A stretch of 64,000 nucleotides of DNA from assembly GCF_902713615.1 (NCBI RefSeq), contig NW_024056010.1:310001-374000 (forward strand), read 5' to 3'. This stretch comes from Scyliorhinus canicula. Its lineage: Eukaryota. The notes beneath the pieces were generated by a model. The model ran no database searches. It worked only from the letters and a program-made list of their open reading frames with translations, and was not told the DNA's origin. Of this stretch, positions 50,339-62,482 are shown piece by piece. Within the stretch, counting starts at the first letter, position 1. Every line of letters starts with the position of its first letter. The position numbers and the translations under genes are program-made.

Positions 50339-51601
50339 ATGAGGAAACCATGGAAATGTGGAGATTGTGGGAAGGGATTCACTTTCCCATCTGAGCTGGA
50401 AACTCATCGGCGTACTCACACTGGGGAGAGACCATTCACCTGCTCTCATTGTGGGAAGGGATTTACTAATTCGTCTGACTTGTTGAGACATCATCGAGTT
50501 CACTCTGGGGCGAGCCCATTCATCTGCTCCATGTGTGGCAAAGGATTCAGAGATTCATCCAGCCTGCTAAAACATCAGCGAGTTCACACCGGGGAGAAGC
50601 CATTTACCTGCTCAGTGTGTGGGAAGGGATTTACTAATTCATCCAACCAGCTGAGACATCAGCGAGTTCACACTGGTGAGAGACCATCCACCTGCTCCGT
50701 CTGTGGGAAAGGATTCAGAGATTCATCCTGCCTAATGGCACATCAGCAAATTCACACTGGGGTGAGACCATTCACCTGCTTACTGTGTGGGAAGGGATTC
50801 ACTAATTCATCCAACCTGCTGATACACCAGAGAGTTCACACTGGGGAGAGACCGTTCACCTGCTCTCAGTGTGGGAAGGGATTTACTAATTCGTCTGACT
50901 TGTTGAGACATCATCGAGTTCACTCTGGGGAAAGACCATTCACCTGCTCCATGTGTGGCAAAGGATTCACAGATTCATCCAGCCTGCTAACACATCAGCG
51001 AGTTCATACCGGGGAGAAACCATTTACCTGCTCAGTGTGTGGGAAGGGATTTACTAATTCATCCAGCCAGCTGAGACATCAGCGAGTTCACACTGGGGAG
51101 AGACCATCCACCTGCTCCGAATGTGGGAAAGGATTCAGAGATTCATCCTGCCTAATGGCACATCAGCAAATTCACACTGGGGTGAGACTATTCACCTGCT
51201 TACTGTGTGGGAAGGGGTTCACTAATTCATCCAACCTGCTGATACACCAGAGAGTTCACACTGGGGAGAGACCATTCTCCTGCTCTGTCTGTGAGAAGGG
51301 ATTTACTATTTTATCCAACCTGCTGACACACCAGCGAGTTCACACAGGGGAAAGACCATTCACCTGCTCCGTGTGTGGCAAGGGATTTACCAATTCATCC
51401 AACCTGCTGACACACCAGCGAGTTCACACTGGGGAAAGACCATTCACCTGCTCCGTGTGTGGCAAGGGATTTATCAATTCATCCAACCTGCTGACACACC
51501 AGCGAGTTCACACTGATGAGAAGCCATTTATATGCTCCGTGTGTAGGATAGGATGCAGAAATGCATCCTATCTGCGGAGGCACCAGCGAGTTCACAAGTA
51601 A
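50339..51601 (+). CDS. C2H2 zinc-finger protein B, 15 fingers, 420 aa; no KRAB seen
   Basis: Uninterrupted ORF; acceptor ctcctttaatag ending 50251 with an in-frame upstream TGA, so 50339 is the first ATG. Confidence 0.9.
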   Translation: MRKPWKCGDCGKGFTFPSELETHRRTHTGERPFTCSHCGKGFTNSSDLLRHHRVHSGASPFICSMCGKGFRDSSSLLKHQRVHTGEKPFTCSVCGKGFTNSSNQLRHQRVHTGERPSTCSVCGKGFRDSSCLMAHQQIHTGVRPFTCLLCGKGFTNSSNLLIHQRVHTGERPFTCSQCGKGFTNSSDLLRHHRVHSGERPFTCSMCGKGFTDSSSLLTHQRVHTGEKPFTCSVCGKGFTNSSSQLRHQRVHTGERPSTCSECGKGFRDSSCLMAHQQIHTGVRLFTCLLCGKGFTNSSNLLIHQRVHTGERPFSCSVCEKGFTILSNLLTHQRVHTGERPFTCSVCGKGFTNSSNLLTHQRVHTGERPFTCSVCGKGFINSSNLLTHQRVHTDEKPFICSVCRIGCRNASYLRRHQRVHK

Positions 51602-52304
51602 TTAGAGGGGTTGGATTCTGCTGTTAATCACATCCAGGACTGAACCATGTTCACTCTGACATTTGGTGATCAGGGAAGGTCAGAGGGTTTCCCTCTCGAC
51701 TGGTCGGTCTTCCAATTTTCACTCCAGTGAACTGATTCTCTTTGAGCAAGAGCACGTTTCCACTGCAATGATCTGCAAATGCAGATATAGTACATTAATT
51801 TTATCCTGTTTAGTAAATAGTCTTTCGTCTACCGCAAAAGGTGTCCTTTTGTCTTTCATCCGTCCTCATTCCGAGTGTTGGCCGCTGTCTAGACAGTCTT
51901 TCTCACTGATTTCTCCGCTGCTCTCACTGCCCGTCCCATCGAGAGGCCAGTCCACATTCTGACATTATCCACCCAGGCCACCTTTGGGCTTTCCTTGTAC
52001 ACAGTTTCCAGGTGCCTGCCATTGCCTCTTTGTCCAAACACTCCCTTCCTATTCACAACGCATGTCCAAAATACGTGAGCTTCCTTGATATCAGTGCCTC
52101 AAACAGGTTCCTCCGAACACCAGCTTTCTCCAGCTCCCACTCATTCATCCACTTTGCCATCTATGACAGACAGAATACCTGTCTGAGTCCGCTCAATCCT
52201 CTCCAAACTCTTTGAACTTGTTGTCACCTGCCAAATCCTTACCCATCTTTTCAAGAACTCTCATGTTTTAATCCCTTCAATCAGGTCTCTGCCCTGTCAC
52301 AGTA

Positions 52305-52642
52305 GTGAAATACGAGAGACAAACACAATCTCACCCGGAGAGAAGGACAGACAATCCGCGAGTTTGGACCCAACACTGATCTGTTCATAAGACCAGAAGA
52401 CAAGGACAACAGCACAGTCATTATCGAGAGACAACAATATCTGCTGGAGACAGATAGGGAACTAAACAACATGAATCACAACACCAAGCTATCTAGACCC
52501 ATATTCCCAAGACAGGAAGGAGAATTGGAGACAGACTGGAAGAACTCAGACTGCAGATACATTAGCCAAACGGATGGAATATCTGAGGGGACAACAGGAC
52601 GAACTAAGGAAGTTATATATACTCCTTAAAATACACAAACAC
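52305..52642 (+). mobile_element. Penelope-like RT fragment
   Basis: Degenerate frame with PEDKD..TVI and RTKEVIYTP/LKIHK; inverted paralog of 39683-40010. Confidence 0.65.
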
Positions 52643-55600
52643 GGAGACTTCCGGTGGCTGTGATGGAGTAGGAAGCCACACATTTGAGAGCTCCCGTTTT
52701 AAAGAGACTTTTCGGCTCTTTTGAGAGCCCAAAACGGAAATTTCTCGATGTCTCCCGGTGGGGGAAGGTGCGCTGAACGACTTTCCCCGCAGTCCATGCC
52801 TCGAACTCGGAGTGGAAAGGGGGAAAAAAACGGCAGCAGCTCCTCAGAAAAAACGGGGGAAGGAATCCAAGATGGCGGCCGGGGGAGCCCCAGAGGAGTG
52901 GAGGCTGTGGGCCCAGGAGCAACAAACTGATCTCCTGCGCTGCTTTAAAGAATTCAAGGATGAGGTACTGAGATCTCTGCAGGAAACGAACAGAAGGCTG
53001 TCAGAGATTCAGTCCACCCAGGGTGCTGCCATCAAGGAGTTGCAGACACAGGCCACTGAACGAGAGGAGGAGGCCATGGTCCTCTTGAGTAAGGTGGAGG
53101 GGCACGAGGCACTCCACAAGAAGTGGCAGGAACGCTTCGAGGACCTGGATCACCGCATGAGGCGGAAAAACCTGCGGATCCTGGGCCTTGCGGAGGGGCT
53201 GGAGGGGTCGGACCTGACAGCCTACGTGGCTGTAGTGCTGAACTTGCTAGTGGGGGCCGGGTCTCTCCATCTGCCCTTGGAGCTGGAGGGAGCGCACAGG
53301 GTGCTGGCCAGGAGGCCTAAGGAGAATGAACCCCCGCGTGCGGTGCTGGTGAGGTTCCACCGGTTCAGTGATCGGGAGTGTGTGCTGCGCTGGGCCAAGA
53401 AGGTGAAGAGCAGCAAGTGGGAGAATGGGGTAGTGCGGATCTACCAGGATTGGAGTGCGGAGGTGGCTAAGCGGCGGTCCGGATTTAATCGGACGTAAGA
53501 GGTGCTTTATTGAAAAAAGATAAAGTTCGGAATGTTGCAGCCCGCGCGCCTGTGGGTAACTTATTCGGACCGGCACCATTATTTTGATTCCCGGAGGAAG
53601 CGTGGGCCTTCGTGCGGACGGAGAAACTGGATTTGAACTAGGGGTTGGGGGTTGCGAGGTCGGCTGTAATATATTAGTGCTGGATACTGCTGTTGCTGTG
53701 TTCTCTTTTTCTTCTGTGTTTCTCTTCTTGTTTTAGTACTTTTGCAATTTTGATATGGTTATTTACGGAGGGGTTGTTCTGCTATGTTTTTGTTTTTGTG
53801 CTTGGGGCATTGTTTGGGCTGTGTATCTTGCGGGGAGGGTCGGGGGGTCTGTTGTATTCTATGTCGGAGTGGGGGTATGGAGTGGGGCTGATATTTGGGA
53901 GCTGCGTCAGAAGGGTGTGGTGGGGCAGGGCGAAAGCGCGGGCTTTCCTCTGGTTTCCCGCGCTGCGGGGCTGGGGGGTGGAGACGGTGACGGGGGAGGC
54001 GGGGCCTTAACTGGTTCTTCCCCGCGCTGGAGCGGTGCCTGGAGGAGGGATAGATTGGGGGATGATCCCACTTCGGGAGGGATCGGGCTATTGGCGGGAG
54101 TTTCCGGGGTCAGCAGAAGTTAGCTGACCCACGGAAGTACAATGGAGGACGGTTCGTGGCTGGGAGGGTTCCTAGCCTGGGGGGGAAGGGAGGGGGGGGA
54201 AAGGGGAATACCGGGTTGCTGCTGGTAGGGTCAAGAAGGAGCTGGTGGGGGCTAGAGGTGAGGTGTTGTTGCTGTGGGGACTGGGTCAGCGGGGGGTGCT
54301 GGTCTGGGGCGGGCAGTCGACGGGCTATGGCTAGTCGACGGGGGAGGGGGCGGGACGCCCTCTGATCCGGTTGGTCACCTGGAATGCGAGAGGATTGAAT
54401 GGGCCGGTGAAGCGGTCGAGGGTACTTGCTCATCTGAGGGGGCTAAAGGCAGATGTGGCAATGCTTCAGGAGACCCACCTGAAGGTGGCGGACCAAGTCC
54501 GTCTGAGGAAGGGGTGGGTGGGGCAGGTTTTCCACTCTGGGTTGGATGTGAAGAACCGGGGAGTGGCGATTCTGGTGGGGACAAATGTGTCGTTTGAGGC
54601 ATCTGAGGTGGTGGCGGATAAGGGGGGTAGGTATGTTATGGTTAGGGGCAGGCTACAGGGTGAGAAGGTGGTACTTGCTAGTGTGTATGCCCCAAATTGG
54701 GACGATGCGGGCTTTATGAGGCGTATGCTGGGACGGGTCCCGGATCTAGAGGCGGGAGGTCTGATTATGGGGGGGACTTCAATACGGTGTTGGATCCTTC
54801 ACTGGATCGGTCCAGCTCTAGGACGGGTAGGAGGCCGGCGGCGGCCAAGGTACTGAGAGGGTTTATGGACCAGATGGGAGGGGTGGATCCATGGAGGTTT
54901 GTGAGGCCGAGGGCACGGGAGTACTCTTTCTTCTCCCACGTACATAGGGTATATTCTCGGATAGACTTCTTCGTGGTGAGTAGGGGACTGATTTCGAGAG
55001 TGGAGGAGGCTGAATATTCGGCCATTGCAATCTCCGACCACGCTCCGCATTGGATAGAGTTGGAGATGGGGGAGGTGCGGGGCCAGCGCCCGTTGTGGCG
55101 GTTGGATGTGGGTTGTTGGCGGAGGAGGAGGTGTGTAGGAGGGTCCGGGCAAGTATTGAGGGGTACCTCGAGGTGAATGATACGGGGGAGGTCCGGGTGG
55201 GGATGGTCTGGGAAGCCCTGAAGGCAGTGATTCGTGGGGAACTGATATCGATCCGGGCACAGAGGGAGAGGAGCGAGAGGAGGGAGAGGGATAGACTGGT
55301 GGGAAAGGTGCTGGAGGTAGACAGGAGGTACTCAGAGGCACCAGAGGAGGGACTGTTGGGGGAGAGGCGCAGCCAGCAGGCTGAATTTGATTTGCTGACC
55401 ACTAGAAAGGCGGAGAACAGTGGAGGAAGGCACAAGGGGCAGTGTACGAACATGGTGAAAAGGCGAGTAGGATGCTCATCAGGGGCGCCATGTGCTAGGG
55501 GGGGCTCATCAGCTCCGCAAGCGGGATGCGGCTAAGGAAATTGCTGGAGCGAGAGACAAGAGTGGGAATGTGGTGCGGAAGGGGGTAGAGGTTAATGAGG

Positions 55601-58600
55601 TCTTCAAGGACTTTTACGGGGAACTGTACCGGTCGGAGCCAATGGGGGAGAGGAGGGGAATGGAGAGGTTCCTCGATGGGCTTTCTTTCCCGAAGGTGCA
55701 GGAGGAGCAGATGGAGGGGTTGGGTGCGCCGATTGAGCTGGAGGAGCTAGTTAAGGGGATCGGGTAGATGCAGTCAGGGAAGGCGCCGGGGCCAGATGGG
55801 TTCCCGGTGGAATTTTATAAAAGGTTTGTGGACCTAGTGGGCCCCTTGCTGGTGCGGACTCTTAATGAAGCGTGGGAAGGGGGGACTTTGCCCCCGACGA
55901 TGTCGCGGGCGCTAATTTCATTAATCTTAAAGAGGGACAAGGACCCCCAGCAGTGTGGTTCATACAGGCCCATATCTCTCCTCAATGTGGATGCCAAGGT
56001 GCTGGCAAAAATCCTGGCCACCAGGATAGAGGACTGTGTGCCAGGGGTTATACACGAGGACCAGGCAGGGTTTGTGAAGGGAAGGCAGCTGAACACGAAT
56101 GTGCGGAGATTGTTGAATGTCATCATGATGCCGGCGATTGAGGGGGAGGCTGAGATAGTGGTGGCGCTGGATGCAGAGAAGGCCTTCGATAGAGTGGAGT
56201 GGGGGTACTTATGGGAGGTGTTGGGGAGGTTTGGATTTGGTGAAGGGTTTATTAGATGGGTGAGGCTGCTATATGAGGCCCCGATGGCGTGTTGGCCACG
56301 AATGGGAGGAAGTCGGAGTACTTCCTGCTTTACCGAGGACCAGGCAAGGTTGCCCCCTGTCCCCTTGTTGTTTGCAATGGCAACCGAGCCGTTGGCAATG
56401 GCGTTGAGGGATTCAGGGAGGTGGAGAGGTTTGGTGCGGGGTGGGGAGGAACATCGGGTGTCGTTGTATGCCGATGACCTGTTACTGTATGTGGCAGACC
56501 CGGTGGAGGGATGCCGGGGGCAGGGCCGGCTCAAGGTACCGGGCAACTCGGGGCAGTCGCCCGGGGCGCCATGTGCTAGGGGCGCCATCAAGGAGTGCGT
56601 GACAAAGACAAGGAAATTTCCACAACCGTCAGCTTTACACGTCACCTAAGGTGGGTCGCGGGCGGCTGAGGACACGGGCATAGTGACCGTCCTTGTCTAT
56701 AAGACTTTGCATATCAACATGTGGCGTAGGTCAGGTGAGAGTGGAAGGTGTGGGTGGGGTGGGGTCACCTGGGTTGGGCATCAGCCACATCAGTTGTCTT
56801 TTTGTTTCTTGAGACTGTGGACCGTCTGATTACTTAAACTTGTCAGGACTCAAGACCAGGAGCTGCATAGGCTCGGCAGCACAACTGCTGAAATGTAGAC
56901 ACGGACAAATCACAATAACCGTGAAGAGCATTATATGAAGAAAACCCACACTGGTAGACAGATTTATTCTGGACGTTTCAAAGGCAACTGCCTTCCTCAT
57001 CAGACTAGAACAAAAAGACCAGTAGCTCTTTATGAACTTTCAGAAATGCCTGCTTCTGATCCTGCAATGCGACATGAAGCAGAGACTCTTGTAACACAAA
57101 TAGAAGATTACAGTTTCCTAGTGATGATGAATGTCTGGTATGATGTCTTAGGCAGAGTAAATTGTTGTCAGCAAAACTATGCAGAACACCTCTGTGGAAC
57201 TGTCTACCACAGTTTCATTAATGAACAGTGTCACTGATTACTTAATTGATTATCGTGCAAATGGATATGAAAAGCACTAGAGTCAGCAAAAGAATTAGCT
57301 ACAGAATTAGATGTAGAGCCCATTTTTAGAAGTAAAGAATAAGCAGAAAAGGAGGCTGTTTGAATACGAGTGCATTGACGAGGTTCCAAATGCAGATGAC
57401 CCAGAAAAAAGATTTAAAAATCATGTGTTCAATGTAATACTCGACAGAGCTATTAATTCTTTATCAGAGAGATTTGAACAGTTACAAAGTTTCAATAACA
57501 CTTGGGGATTTTTAAATAACCTAAAAGATCTGCCAGATAAAAATAAACTCAAAGTAGCATGTCAAGGTTTGGAGGATAAGTTAAGGTACCAAGAAAATAG
57601 TGATATTAATGGATGTGATCTCTTGACTGAACTGGATATTGCAAAAGAATTATTTCCTGAAGATGTAAAGCTTCCAATAGAAGCCGTTAGGTTCATAAAC
57701 ACTAATAAGTTACAGGCTGTCATGCCAAATCTGTGGGTTGCATTAAGAATAATGCTTACAATACCTATTACTGTGGCCACCGTAGAGAGAAGCTTTAGTA
57801 AACTAAAGCTTATAAAGACATACTTACGGTCGTCCATGACTCAAGACAGATTAAATTCTTTGGCAATTTTGTCAATAGAAAATGATCTTGTAAAGAAGAT
57901 AGATATAGAAAGTGCCATGAAAAGATTTGCACATCTAAAGGCTAGAAAAAAAATGTTTTAGGTAGGATAATAAATGTTTTCCAGCATCTGTTCATTTGTT
58001 CATACTTTTTATTAGGAGAAAATTCATTACAGCTACAGTTTTTATCATCGTGAACTTACGGAATATAGTATGCTTCTCAGTTTGTTCAGATTCTGTACAG
58101 ATTTGAATGCCTCGATTTTGTAATATTGTAATAAACTCTTTATGCTACATTTTCAGTTTTTCTCCTTGTGAAAATTTTTAAAAATTATACTTGTAAGGGC
58201 GCCGAAGTTCAGCTTGCCCGGGGCGCCAGCAACCCTAGGGCCGGCGCTGGCCGGGGCTGATGGAGCTGCTGGCTGAGTTTGGGACTTTTTCAGGCTATAA
58301 ACTAAATTTAGGCAAGAGTGAGGTGTTTGTGGTGCACCCTGGAGACCAGGAGGAAGGAATTGGTAGGCTCCCGCTTAGGAGGGCAGGGAGAGTTTAGGTA
58401 CCTGGGGGTGCAGGTGGCCAGGGACTGGGGGACTCTTCACAAGCATAATTTCACCAGACTTGTGGATCAGATGGAGGAGGAGTTGAAGAGGTGGGACATG
58501 CTCCCATTGTCGTTGGCGGGGAGGGTGCAGTCCGTCAAAATGACGGTGCTTCCGAGGTTCTTGTTCCTCTTTCAGTGCCTGCCCATCTTCATCCCCAGGG

Positions 58601-60127
58601 CCTTCTTTAGGAGAGTGACTAGCAGTATTTTGAGCTTTGTGTGGGCACATGGGACTCCGAGAGTGAAGAGGGTTTTCCTGGAGCGAGGGAGGGATAGAGG
58701 CGGGCTGGCGCTGCCCAACCTTTTGGGGTACTATTGGGTGGCCAATGTGTCAATGGTGCGTAAATGGGTGATGGGGGGGGCGTGGAAAAGAATGGAGATG
58801 GCATCTTGTAGAGGTACGAGCCTGGGTGCCTTGGCAACGGCGCCGTTGCCGCTCTTTCCTAAGAGGTATACCACGAGCCCGGTGGTGGCGGCGACCCTAA
58901 GAATCTGGGGACAGTGGAGACAGCACAGGAGGGAAACAGGGGGCTCGATGGAGGCTCCATTGGGTGGAAATCATCGGTTCATCCCGGGGAACAATGATGG
59001 GGGATTTAGGGGGTGGCAAAGGGTGGACATCAGTAAATTGAGGGACCTGTTTATTGGCGGGAGGTTTGCGGGCCTGGGGGAACTGGAAGATAAATTTGGG
59101 CTCGCCCAAGGGAACATGTTCAGATACTTGCAGGTAAAGGCGTTTGCTAGGCGACAGGTAGAGGAGTTCCCTTTGCTGCCCTCGCGGGGGGGCGATGGAC
59201 AGAGTGTTTTTGTGGGTGTGGGTCGAGAGGGAAGGTGTCTGACATCTATAAGGTAATGCAGGAGGTGGAGGAGTCGTCAGGGGAGGAGCTGAAGGCTAAA
59301 TGGGAGGGGGAACTTGGGGGCAGATAGAGGACGGGAACTTGGGCGGATGCCTTGGAGAGAGTCAACTCTTCCTCCTCATGTGCGAGGCTTAGCCTCATCC
59401 AATTTAAGGTGGCTGCACCGGGCCCACATGTCCGGGACTAGGATGAGTAGGTTCTTTATGGGGTGAGGACAGGTGTACCAGTGTTTCGGGGAATCCAGCG
59501 AACCATGCCCATATGTTCTGGGCATGCCCCAGCACTGGAAGAATTCTGGAAGGGGGTGGCGGGGACGGCGTCGAGGGTGGTTGGATCCAGGATCAAACCA
59601 GGGTGGGGACTCGCGATGTTTGGAGTTGCGGTGGACCGGGAGTGCAGGAGGCGAAAGAGGCCGGTGTCCTGGCCTTTGCGTCCCTAGTAACCCGGCGGAG
59701 GATCTTGCTGCAGTGGAAGGACGCGAGGCCCCCAAGTGTGGAGACCTGGATCAGTGACATGGCGGGATTTATAAAACTGGAGAGGGTCAAATTTGCCCTG
59801 AGAGGATCAATACAAGGGTTCTATAAACGGTGGCAGCCTTTTCTGGACTTCCTGGCTCAAAGATAGGTATCTTGGTCAATAGCAGCAGCAACCCGGGGGG
59901 GGGGGGGGGGGGGGGGGGGGTGTCCTTATTATATGTTCTATATTTTTTCTCTACGGTTATGTAACTTAACATTGTGTTAATTTAAGTTGTTGTTAATATG
60001 TTGTGTTGTTCATTGAGGAGGGGCGAATGTTTATGGTTGCTATCATTATTGTTATTGTTGGTATTTTATTATGGTTCGATGTTGTATAAATTCAAAATTT
60101 TCAATAAAAATAATTTAAAAAAAAAAG
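52643..60127 (+). mobile_element. Full-length Tx1/L1-clade LINE, inactivated and interrupted by a hAT
   Basis: 5' UTR; ORF1 MAAGGAPEEW from 52871 (L1-ORF1-like LRILGL, PRAVLVRF); ORF2 APE 54371-54856; RT 55768-56520 (APGPDG, YRPISLLN, LDAEKAFD, YADD); 58318-59256; 59513-59866; 26-G run 59895-59920; A-rich end. Confidence 0.95.
56521..58249 (+). mobile_element. hAT DNA transposon, internally deleted (Tip100-like by inference)
   Basis: Imperfect TIRs cagggccggctcaagg / cagcgccggccctagg (13/16); 8-bp TSD gccggggg 56513-56520 / gccggggc 58250-58257; ORF 57425-57961 has the hAT dimerisation motif TIPITVATVERSFSKLKLIKTYLRSSM. Confidence 0.92.
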
Positions 60128-60249
60128 AAAATACATGAATTAATTAACATGCATTTTATAGAGTATGGCCTTGATGCATTACAAATTTTAGGCTTAGAAG
60201 CAAATAGCAAATGGTCAACGCCACAAAGAAAAGACGGTGAAAGGACATT

Positions 60250-60884
60250 GGGCGCGATTCTCTGCCCCCCACGCCGGGTGGGAGAATAGCGGGAGGGCCT
60301 CCCGACATTTTTCACGCCCTCCCGCTATTCTCCCCCCCCCCACGCCACGAATCGCCGCTCTCTCCGTTTTTTTACGGCCAGCGGGCGATTGTCCGAGGCC
60401 GATGGGCCGAGCGGCCGGGCCTACACTCCCGTTTCAACACGGCAGCAACCACACCTGGTCGCTGCCATCGTGAAACGGGCGGCAGATGCCCGTTTGGGGC
60501 TCTAGGGGCCCAATTGGCACAGCAGTACCACGGCCGTGCTCGGCGGGCATAGGCCCGCGATCAGTGCCCACCGATCGTGGCCTTGCGTCCGTAACGGACG
60601 CACTCTTTTCCCTCCGCCGCCCGGCAGGATCAAGCCGCCACATCTTGCGGGGCTGGCTGAGGGAAAAGACGCCAACCGCGCATGCCGTGTTGGTGCTGTC
60701 CAACCTGCGCATGCCGGCTGACTCATCGTGCGAGTCAAGCCGGTTGTGACGCCCGGGGCCCCGCTCCTAGCCCCGCCCGGGGTGGGAGAATCGGGTCCCA
60801 TGAAGTGGGCGCGGAGGCTGCTGTGGTGACGGCCTGTCCCACAACAGCCTTTACGATTCTCCGCATTTGCGGAGAATCTCGCCC
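60250..60884. mobile_element. PIF/Harbinger-like MITE
   Basis: TIRs gggcgcgattctc / gagaatctcgccc; 3-bp direct repeat ATT on both sides; GC-rich non-coding interior; terminal hairpin gattctccgca-tt-tgcggagaatc 60855-60878. Confidence 0.75.
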
Positions 60885-61177
60885 ATTGGATTCAAATCTT
60901 AGAACAAAGTCCTTTGAACGGTCAAAATGAACAGAATTTTCAAACATGAATACATATTTCCTCGATAACAACACTTACTCAGTCTTTCATCATACCCTGA
61001 CCACACACCCCTAACCCCCGAGTCTAGACCTTAACCTTAAACCCCTGACCTGGGCCCCTGTCCTTGATCCCCACCCTAATACCTTGGGCCTTGAGCTTTG
61101 TGCCTTGGACCTTTGGGCCTCACCCTTATCTTAACCATAACTCTATCCCTAATCGTAGCCCTAACTAGGGTAGAGTT

Positions 61178-62163
61178 TGTAGAAGTCAGGTATTTTAAAT
61201 ACACTTAATATAGGTAAGAAGACTGTTTATGACAGAAATATTAAATCCCAGTTTTAAAATGAAAGAAATATACAACTTCCAAACTCAGACATGTGTTTGG
61301 GAAAAACAGAACCACTGATAAAAACATCACATTCTTTCAAGGGCAGCAGCAAAATCCCATGGGTTTTAAGGTGGTATAATCAAAGGTTCCATTGTTCTGA
61401 ATTCTGGCCACTTGTGATAACAGCCTGAACCACATTCCATAACGTATGCAAGCTGAAACATTTTAGACTGTGTCAAAATACAGTTTCATTTATTTTCGAA
61501 ATAATAGCATGAGATGACATAATGTCTTAATTGTTGCAGATAAGCAACAATTGGAAGTGGCGTTGCATTGGGAGGATGGATGGCTTGTTATCAAATCAAA
61601 TGTGTTTTGAATATAGGTTAAACCAATTAGGATTATATTGGGGTGTGATCGGATCGCTTAAGACAGATATCAAAGAGTATATCCATGGATGATTTGGCCA
61701 CCATTTTAGACGAGAGACAAGACGAGAGACGAGAAGAAAGACAAGTCAGAAAGACAAGAGAAAAGACAAGAAGACAGAAAGTCAGAAAGACACAGAGAGA
61801 AAGAGACAGGAAAGAGACAAAGAGAACAAGACAGAAAGAGAGAGAGAGAAAGTAAAGGAAGAGAATTAGAAAAGAGTTCTGTATTCCTATTTCATTTTCA
61901 TACTTGACTTCAGCCTTTGACTTTTAAAGTTGTGTTCAGGCTATTGTCTCAGAAGATAATTCCTGTGATTCTTTGAAGAAAATCAAATTGTCTACAAACT
62001 ACCTTTTTCATTTTCAAGTTGTAACCAATGAACTTCAATAAAACAATTCTATTTGCACCTGACAAGTTTTTAACTTGCTTTTCTACTGAGTTTCAGCAAT
62101 GTCTCACCAACAACCGGCAACCGTAAATTAGATAAAACTGGATTCAAATCCTAAGATACTACA
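61178..62163 (+). mobile_element. 5' LTR of an LTR retroelement / ERV
   Basis: TGTAG...CTACA inverted termini, AATAAA 62037-62042, followed by a 2-nt spacer and a PBS. Confidence 0.8.
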
Positions 62164-62165
62164 AT

Positions 62166-62177
62166 TGGCGTAGTCGG
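62166..62177 (+). promoter_or_regulatory. Primer-binding site complementary to tRNA-Ser 3' end
   Basis: TGGCGTAGTCGG matches the complement of vertebrate tRNA-Ser ..CCGACUACGCCA for 12 nt, then degenerates. Confidence 0.8.
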
Positions 62178-62482
62178 GCAGCAGGGGAGGAGTTCTGATT
62201 CGACCTTCGGAGAGGTTCGGAAAGCTTTGTGAGAAATCGGAGGAGGATCAGGCGACGACGGAAGCTTCGGGAATAATCGGAAGAGATCGGAAGACAGTCG
62301 GAATCCACGGCTAGACTGGGGTAAGAAATATCTTTTTCACCCATTAAAAGTCTTAAAGCCGCATCAATCAGTGCTTCGACCCCTGAAAAGGACATTTTTA
62401 TAGACTGTGTTAAATCAATCAGCTGGTGGTTGTTGAGACTAACGCAGCCTACACACAAAAAGTTAAGTGAAAGGTTGAATTT

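Noticed and set aside
54799-56645. Long Pro-rich antisense ORFs within Tx1
   Set aside because: Expected from G-rich codon bias on the sense strand; no domain signal
31920-60127. The two divergent Tx1 copies as arms of the inverted duplication
   Set aside because: Their 5' ends and sequences differ (separate subfamilies), so independent insertion is more likely
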